This document shows, piece by piece, positions 14,937-19,271 of a stretch of 19,271 nt of DNA. The notes under the pieces were generated by a model that saw only the letters and a list, made by a program, of their open reading frames with translations, was not told the origin of the DNA and searched no databases. Each line of letters opens with the position of its first letter. Position 1 is the stretch's first letter. The translations under genes and the position numbers were made by a program. The stretch comes from a virus. Lineage: Duplodnaviria > Heunggongvirae > Uroviricota > Caudoviricetes. The DNA lies in the IMG/VR virus record IMGVR_UViG_3300037488_002392; one strand, written 5' to 3'.

Positions 14937-15169
14937 TTTTCCAACTCCTTTAGCTTATGATATTGTAAACCCATATAGACCCCCAATCCGAAGCATAACC
15001 TGCATGCCTTATACTTTTCATAGGAATTTGCCAACCTTTTAATGGATATTTCTGTGGCTGGCATATTCTCAATTGCCATCCTATCTTTAAATATTGGATC
15101 TTTAGGGTCGCAGCTATCAGCTACCGCATTTAAGAGATTATTCGATTCCTCTAATATTTGGTCATCCAT
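14933..15169 (-). CDS. Hypothetical protein (78 aa), first gene of the leftward operon
   Basis: AAGGAG SD; directly downstream of the 15198-15226 promoter. Confidence 0.75.
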   Translation of the reverse strand: MDDQILEESNNLLNAVADSCDPKDPIFKDRMAIENMPATEISIKRLANSYEKYKACRLCFGLGVYMGLQYHKLKELEK

Positions 15170-15197
15170 AGGGTACTCCTTTTAGTGTGATGTTGGT

Positions 15198-15226
15198 AAT
15201 ATAACACATTATACAAGGCTTGTCAA
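15198..15226 (-). promoter_or_regulatory. Leftward sigma70-type promoter
   Basis: TTGACA (15226-15221), 17 bp, TATATT (15203-15198). Confidence 0.8.
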
Positions 15227-15243
15227 TAGGTGTTTATGTAATG

Positions 15244-15272
15244 TTGACATATATTGTGGTTAGGTATATAAT
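15244..15272 (+). promoter_or_regulatory. Rightward consensus sigma70 promoter
   Basis: TTGACA (15244-15249), 17 bp, TATAAT (15267-15272); ATG follows after 6 nt. Confidence 0.88.
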
Positions 15273-15278
15273 GGGGAT

Positions 15279-15416
15279 ATGATTAAATTAAATCATTACT
15301 TAACAGACAAGCAAATGGAGTACCTAAAATCACTTTCTAAGGAAACTGGTCTATCGGTAGCAGAAATATTAAGGAGGCTAATTGATAAACAAATTGCAGA
15401 GGGTAAAAATGTATAA
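15279..15416 (+). CDS. Ribbon-helix-helix (CopG/Arc-like) regulator 1 (45 aa, not in ORF track)
   Basis: MIKLNHYLTDKQMEYLKSLSKETGLSVAEILRRLIDKQIAEGKNV: beta-strand plus two helices with G-x-S-x-A-E-x-x-R. Confidence 0.85.
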   Translation: MIKLNHYLTDKQMEYLKSLSKETGLSVAEILRRLIDKQIAEGKNV

Positions 15417-15435
15417 TAAAGGATATGGAGGGAAA

Positions 15436-16278
15436 ATGAGGTCTCTACTAATTCTAATGGCTATCTTATCGATAGCAATCACATCAATAAGTTGTTTGCC
15501 TACTAAAACTACCCCCACTGTTTCTACCAAAGATGTTGAGCAAGACGCTGCTATAGCTGAAGTCAGGCGTTCTGTACAGAGCGTAGACTCTTCAAAAGCT
15601 AACACTGGAGATTTCAATTTACTGAAGGGCAGGGTAGATACAATGGATGTGAAAGTTACCGCTGGAGGAGGCGGCTCAACAAATGTTTACGATAAAACCC
15701 AAACTTATACCAAGGTAGAAGTAGATGCCGCAATTGCCACCGCAATCTCTAATTTAAAAGCAGCCACTGACCAGACATGGATAAAAACAAGCGGAGGGAC
15801 TGGTGGTGGGACAACGGGGGGGACAAGCGCAACTGGTTCAGTAGTATTTGCTATAAATCCAGTATCAATCCCCCAGATATTCAGTTCATCAACGGGGGGC
15901 AACTCTAATCCGTGGATTATGACCATTAACAATCAGAGCACTACTTGGCAGTATGTCAAACCGATGATTTCTCTCAATGTAGCCTCTGGTCAACCCTCAA
16001 GCTTAGTAAGTGATGTATCCTTAATGGCAAGCGGGGGCAACTGTAGTTTAACGGGAACCCTCTTAATGCCAGGCAACTACACCTTCTCGCCCTCCAATAT
16101 GGCAACAGTAGCAACCCCCAGTGTTATAGTTTTCCCAATCTCAGGTTGCAACGGTTCGGGTGAATGGTATATCGGGCCTGGGCAACAGCAAGCTTACAAC
16201 ATCCAAATACAGGGTCTCAAAACCCCCAACCCTATCCTATGGAACGTGACCTGCTCTATCTCAGCAAGGTCTATGTAA
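15436..16278 (+). CDS. Lipoprotein with coiled coil, Gly/Thr linker and beta-rich C-terminal domain (280 aa)
   Basis: Start moved to MRSLLILMAILSIAITSISC (GGAGG SD; lipobox-like Cys); YTKVEVD motif; GGTGGGTTGG linker. Confidence 0.75.
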   Translation: MRSLLILMAILSIAITSISCLPTKTTPTVSTKDVEQDAAIAEVRRSVQSVDSSKANTGDFNLLKGRVDTMDVKVTAGGGGSTNVYDKTQTYTKVEVDAAIATAISNLKAATDQTWIKTSGGTGGGTTGGTSATGSVVFAINPVSIPQIFSSSTGGNSNPWIMTINNQSTTWQYVKPMISLNVASGQPSSLVSDVSLMASGGNCSLTGTLLMPGNYTFSPSNMATVATPSVIVFPISGCNGSGEWYIGPGQQQAYNIQIQGLKTPNPILWNVTCSISARSM

Positions 16279-16320
16279 TACCTTATATATATGTGCTTCT
16301 CTGCGGCAACAGAGGGGTGT

Positions 16321-16364
16321 ACCCCCGTCTTCTCCTTTCATAGGGGCGGGCGGGGGTTTCTTTG
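16321..16364 (+). terminator. Intrinsic terminator after the lipoprotein gene
   Basis: ACCCCCGTC pairs with GGCGGGGGT, followed by TTCTTT. Confidence 0.55.
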
Positions 16365-16373
16365 TGTCCTGAC

Positions 16374-16402
16374 TTGACTTTATGTGCAATAGTATGTATA
16401 AT
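16374..16402 (+). promoter_or_regulatory. sigma70-type promoter
   Basis: TTGACT (16374-16379), 17 bp, TATAAT (16397-16402); ATG follows after 6 nt. Confidence 0.8.
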
Positions 16403-16408
16403 GTCATT

Positions 16409-16555
16409 ATGAAAAGAATTAATTATCACTTAACAGACAAGCAAATCGAGCAATTGAAGGCTATTTCAAAGGAAACGGGTGCCCCCGTGGCGGAACTAAT
16501 ACGGCGGGCGGTGGATGCGTGGTTGCATGAACGGGGGAGGGGTGAAGTAAGATGA
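16409..16555 (+). CDS. Ribbon-helix-helix regulator 2 (48 aa, not in ORF track)
   Basis: MKRINYHLTDKQIEQLKAISKETGAPVAELIRRAVDAWL...; 21 of the first 36 residues identical to regulator 1. Confidence 0.85.
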   Translation: MKRINYHLTDKQIEQLKAISKETGAPVAELIRRAVDAWLHERGRGEVR

Positions 16556-16845
16556 GGGAAGGTTATAATAACTCATTTTATGGTAAGCACCATACTGAAG
16601 AAGCAAAACAGAAGAATAGGGAAGCGCACCTTGGCACCAAATTGAGTGAAGAGACTAAGATGAAGATGAGTGAATCCCATCGCCAAAATGATGTTTGGAC
16701 AGGACGTAAGCATAGTGAAGCATCTATCTTGAAGATGAAGATTGCTAAGTTGGGCAAAAAGGATAGCGAAGAGATGATTTGGGAGAAGTATTGGATACTT
16801 GATGGAGAGCTTTTAATAGGACAAATGTCATTTTTGTATCAATAG
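16552..16845 (+). CDS. NUMOD3-repeat protein without a nuclease domain (97 aa), possible homing-endonuclease remnant
   Basis: FYGKHHTEEAKQK, KLSEETKMKMS, GRKHSEASILKM, GKKDSEE; no GIY-YIG or HNH motif; ATGA overlap with regulator 2. Confidence 0.7.
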   Translation: MREGYNNSFYGKHHTEEAKQKNREAHLGTKLSEETKMKMSESHRQNDVWTGRKHSEASILKMKIAKLGKKDSEEMIWEKYWILDGELLIGQMSFLYQ

Positions 16846-16859
16846 TTCGCCTTCCCCCC

Positions 16860-16888
16860 TTGACAACCACTCTACATAATGTTAATCT
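16860..16888 (+). promoter_or_regulatory. sigma70-type promoter upstream of the intron-containing gene
   Basis: TTGACA (16860-16865), 17 bp, extended TGn-TAATCT (16883-16888). Confidence 0.65.
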
Positions 16889-17078
16889 AAAAACACAATG
16901 ATATGCATTATGCGTGTCGCCATATTCGGCAGTTCGCCGTCAGGTAGTTACGTTCTGTAACTATCGGACGAGCGATGTCTTTTAATTCAAATTGCGTCCC
17001 CATGAGTTCTCACTCTTCAAATGAGATTAAGCTGTCTGCTTGTGTATACGGTGGTTTGCCGAAAGGAAAACTAAGAAC

Positions 17079-17529
17079 ATGATTGGACAGGTCGTAATGC
17101 TCATGATGGTGGGCGTAATCGGCATGATAAGCTTCCAGGTCAATTGGCCCATTTATCTAGTGATAGATAAAATGAACCCAGCTAACTCGGTGAACCCTAA
17201 ACTCTTTGAGCATGGGAATACCGAACTAAATTCAACGAAAGTTGATAAATGCGTAGAGAGCAGAAACTGGGCTTCTCAACGAGAAGATGGTGTGCTCCGA
17301 ACTGCAAGGAAACTTGTAGAATGCTACAGAAATGATAGCGTCACATATCTAAAGATGTGTGGTAACAGATTGCGTGCGTGGCATCGCCACTTCTCTTTGC
17401 TCCAACACCACAGGTTGGTCAACGACAGAGAACGTGCTTATCTGCCAGATAGTAGGTATCGTAGTCGCTTTGGCGATTATAATCCTGCTGTTCATCCTCA
17501 TCGCCAAGTCTGCACAGGGTCTTACTTAA
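17079..17529 (+). CDS. Spliced CDS join(17079..17140,17373..17529): 72-aa two-helix hydrophobic protein, candidate major coat protein
   Basis: 62+157 nt = 73 codons: MIGQVVMLMMVGVIGMISFQVVRGIATSLCSNTTGWSTTENVLICQIVGIVVALAIIILLFILIAKSAQGLT; AAAGGA upstream; many C-ending codons in exon 2. Confidence 0.75.
17141..17372 (+). ncRNA. Group I self-splicing intron (232 nt, no internal homing endonuclease)
   Basis: P1 GGUC-AAUU-GGCC with U-G at the 5' splice site. P2 TTTATCTA-GTGA-TAGATAAA. P3 CCCAG/CTGGG. P4 TCGGT/ACCGA. P6a TCAAC-GAAA-GTTGA. P7 G(A)GAGCA/TGCTCC with bulged A and G-site pair. P8 CTTCTC/GAGAAG. P9 CTGCAAG-GAAA-CTTGTAG. P9.1 and P9.2 hairpins. Terminal G at 17372. Splicing restores a coherent reading frame. 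Confidence 0.9.
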
Positions 17530-17544
17530 ACTAAGTAGTGTCCC

Positions 17545-17575
17545 GTGGGTGGGGTCAATAAAAGGCTCCACCCAC
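17545..17575 (+). terminator. Stable 12-bp hairpin after the spliced gene (terminator-like or 3' stabilizer)
   Basis: GTGGGTGGGGTC pairs with GGCTCCACCCAC; no U-tract follows, so not a canonical intrinsic terminator. Confidence 0.45.
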
Positions 17576-17664
17576 AAAACTATCCATAAAATCTATGGAA
17601 CAAGGGATACAGGACGAAAGCAATAGAACAAAGAACATAAATAAAGGAATAAGGAGAAAAGGAA

Positions 17665-17754
17665 ATGGCGACAAAGAGATATTGCAACAAATGCAAAAAG
17701 TATCATATCAGTGCCAAGATGAAGGCAAAGCACCGCAAAAGCTTAAGGAAGTAA
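17665..17754 (+). CDS. Tiny basic CxxC peptide (29 aa, not in ORF track)
   Basis: MATKRYCNKCKKYHISAKMKAKHRKSLRK; AAGGAG/AAGGA SD. Confidence 0.55.
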   Translation: MATKRYCNKCKKYHISAKMKAKHRKSLRK

Positions 17755-17782
17755 CAAGAAGTAACGCTAAGGTAATCAAGTA

Positions 17783-17878
17783 GTGAGCAAAAACAACCTT
17801 AAGTGGCACATAGCAAAGATGCGGAAGCACAAACATCGCAAGGCATTGAAGAAGGACAGGAAGAAAAATAAAAAATAG
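17783..17878 (+). CDS. Tiny basic peptide resembling the bS22/COX24(mS38) motif (31 aa, not in ORF track)
   Basis: GTG start; MSKNNLKWHIAKMRKHKHRKALKKDRKKNKK; AAGGT upstream. Confidence 0.45.
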   Translation: MSKNNLKWHIAKMRKHKHRKALKKDRKKNKK

Positions 17879-17885
17879 GAGAACG

Positions 17886-18056
17886 ATGATGGCAAAGAAA
17901 GTAAAGAGAGCAAAGAGAAGCACAGGTAAGAAAGATGCGTATGGTTTTCCCAAGATAGCTACTAGGGATACCAAGGAAGTAGTTAAAGATTGGAAGAAAA
18001 CCTTCAAGACAGGCAAGGGCGGTTTCGGTTCTACGTATGCTGCTAGTGGGAAATAG
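17886..18056 (+). CDS. Small basic protein (56 aa, not in ORF track)
   Basis: MMAKKVKRAKRSTGKKDAYGFPKIATRDTKEVVKDWKKTFKTGKGGFGSTYAASGK; AGGAG SD. Confidence 0.65.
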   Translation: MMAKKVKRAKRSTGKKDAYGFPKIATRDTKEVVKDWKKTFKTGKGGFGSTYAASGK

Positions 18057-18121
18057 AGTGTAGCGTGTGTTTACCTGCACTCCATATAAGATGCAGGGTA
18101 ACTGTGAGGGAGGTGTAGGGA

Positions 18122-18337
18122 TTGAAAAAAATAATATGTAATAATGCTAGGTGGAAAGTGACAGACAGCCAATCTTGCAGAAGAAGGGCTGTTTTGTCTT
18201 ATGAAAAGGGTAATTTAACTAAGGCTGCTAACTATTGTAAGCATTTAGCCTATGTCTCAAATGATTTAGAGATAAAGAGGAAGGCTAAGTTGGATGGGTT
18301 ATATTTTAGGGAGAGGGCAAAGAGGAAGAATAAATAG
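18122..18337 (+). CDS. Small basic protein (71 aa)
   Basis: TTG start with GGAGGT SD; Lys/Arg-rich; TAGTG overlap with the next gene. Confidence 0.65.
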   Translation: MKKIICNNARWKVTDSQSCRRRAVLSYEKGNLTKAANYCKHLAYVSNDLEIKRKAKLDGLYFRERAKRKNK

Positions 18338-19271
18338 TGAAAATACTGAATACTTTTCTCTCTATCCTTATTATATGTCTGTGGTTGATGCCTGCTCCTG
18401 TGCAGGCAGACCCAATAGCAGACTTCTTGTTTCCGTGGATGAAACCTCCTGTTCCTGATTATGTAAGGATAGGGGACAAAGTAATCTACGAGGATGAGGA
18501 TGTTTATTTAGAAGCATCTCCAGCGATACTGACATCTTCGGGGTGGGTGATCTTTAAGTATAAGACAAAGACATTTACAGATGAGATGGATGTAGTGTAT
18601 GGGTTTAATGATAATCTTCAAATATCTAAACCACAGTTCTTAAATCCTTATGCAGTAAGGACAAAATATAATGAAGTAACATCAATAAAGACTGCTACCT
18701 TTGAGCCAAAATCAATAATATCAAGCGTTGAGCCTAAATATTATGTAAAGGCAGATGTGGGGGATAATGCATTAAACTCAAAAGTAGCAGTAGTAGACTG
18801 TGAGGTGGAGTCATCAATGATAGCGGGAATAGTAGGCAAAACTACAACCACTCGCCAAACACGGACGATAGCCTATGATACATTTGATGGGGTTAAATAC
18901 ACATATAAATATATAGCGACAGACCAAATTCCTTATACAGTAATAGAAGAAGGGATAGATGATATAAAGTCACCAATTACTACAAGTTCATTTAATTCTC
19001 AAGGGATGAATAAATGGCAGTCGGTTTATTCAGGGAAAACGGCTTACGCTAATCAGTTGAATGAAACAAAAGTATATATTGATATTCCTTTTGCAGGGAC
19101 AGAGAGGATAGAGGGGAAGTATTTAGTAGGGTTGAAACCCTCGTATTTAACAGTAGACCAAGCGAAAAGTGATGGGCAACTATGGTTGATTGACCCTTGG
19201 TATAATTCGTCATGGGGATATAAGAAGTCTATTGGCATAAATTGTGATACCAACCAGACCAATTACCAAAT
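18337..19271 (+). CDS. Large secreted/surface protein with a probable DUF2341-type domain (partial, >311 aa, not in ORF track)
   Basis: GTG start, signal peptide MKILNTFLSILIICLWLMPAPVQA, frame open to the window end; ends LIDPWYNSSWGYKKSIGINCDTNQTNYQ, the typical start of DUF2341 domains. Confidence 0.75.
   Translation, partial: MKILNTFLSILIICLWLMPAPVQADPIADFLFPWMKPPVPDYVRIGDKVIYEDEDVYLEASPAILTSSGWVIFKYKTKTFTDEMDVVYGFNDNLQISKPQFLNPYAVRTKYNEVTSIKTATFEPKSIISSVEPKYYVKADVGDNALNSKVAVVDCEVESSMIAGIVGKTTTTRQTRTIAYDTFDGVKYTYKYIATDQIPYTVIEEGIDDIKSPITTSSFNSQGMNKWQSVYSGKTAYANQLNETKVYIDIPFAGTERIEGKYLVGLKPSYLTVDQAKSDGQLWLIDPWYNSSWGYKKSIGINCDTNQTNYQ

Noticed and set aside
15378-15932. Minus-strand ORFs 15378-15617 and 15705-15932
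   Set aside because: Antisense to the lipoprotein and RHH1 genes, with no SD or recognisable motif.
17040-17534. 164-aa ORF from the track as the primary gene product
   Set aside because: It reads through a well-formed group I intron and into the wrong frame of exon 2, and the TTG start lacks an SD. Kept only as a possible unspliced by-product from ATG 17079.
17595-17783. 62-aa plus-strand ORF MEQGIQD...
   Set aside because: No SD, and it overlaps the better-supported 29-aa ORF at 17665 in another frame; openness is explained by purine-rich composition.
17708-18080. Hydrophobic minus-strand ORFs 17708-18016 and 17799-18080
   Set aside because: Phe/Leu richness is the reverse complement of Lys/Arg codons in the plus-strand basic peptides.
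1-19271. tRNA/rRNA genes and tailed-phage hallmark genes (terminase, portal, tail, endolysin, integrase)
   Set aside because: No cloverleaf or recognisable motifs were found by eye; absence applies only to this window.

Overview
AT-rich viral or proviral segment from a bacterial host (sigma70 TTGACA-17-TATAAT promoters, Shine-Dalgarno sites, DnaB helicase, lipobox). No terminase, portal, HK97 capsid, tail or lysin genes are visible in the window. A back-to-back promoter pair at about 15.2 kb divides it into two arms. The left arm (1-15169, minus strand) is a tightly coupled early/replication region. It holds YopX, a Gp157/Gam-like protein, about 11 small Cys-rich genes built from shuffled shared modules, DnaB, two duplicated hydrophobic peptides, an excisionase-type HTH, many tiny Zn-finger ORFs, a five-repeat Zn-ribbon HNH nuclease, a basic protein, a short degenerate protein-primed-type PolB and the start of an IS607-like gene. 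The right arm (plus strand) carries two apparently leaderless ribbon-helix-helix genes, a lipoprotein, a NUMOD3 stub and a probable structural module. The main finding is a 232-nt group I intron (17141-17372) that the ORF track misses. Splicing it out gives a 72-aa protein with two hydrophobic helices that resembles the major coat proteins of archaeal spindle-shaped viruses. That gene is followed by four small basic proteins and a large secreted DUF2341-type protein. All family calls come from motif recognition by eye; no database search was run.
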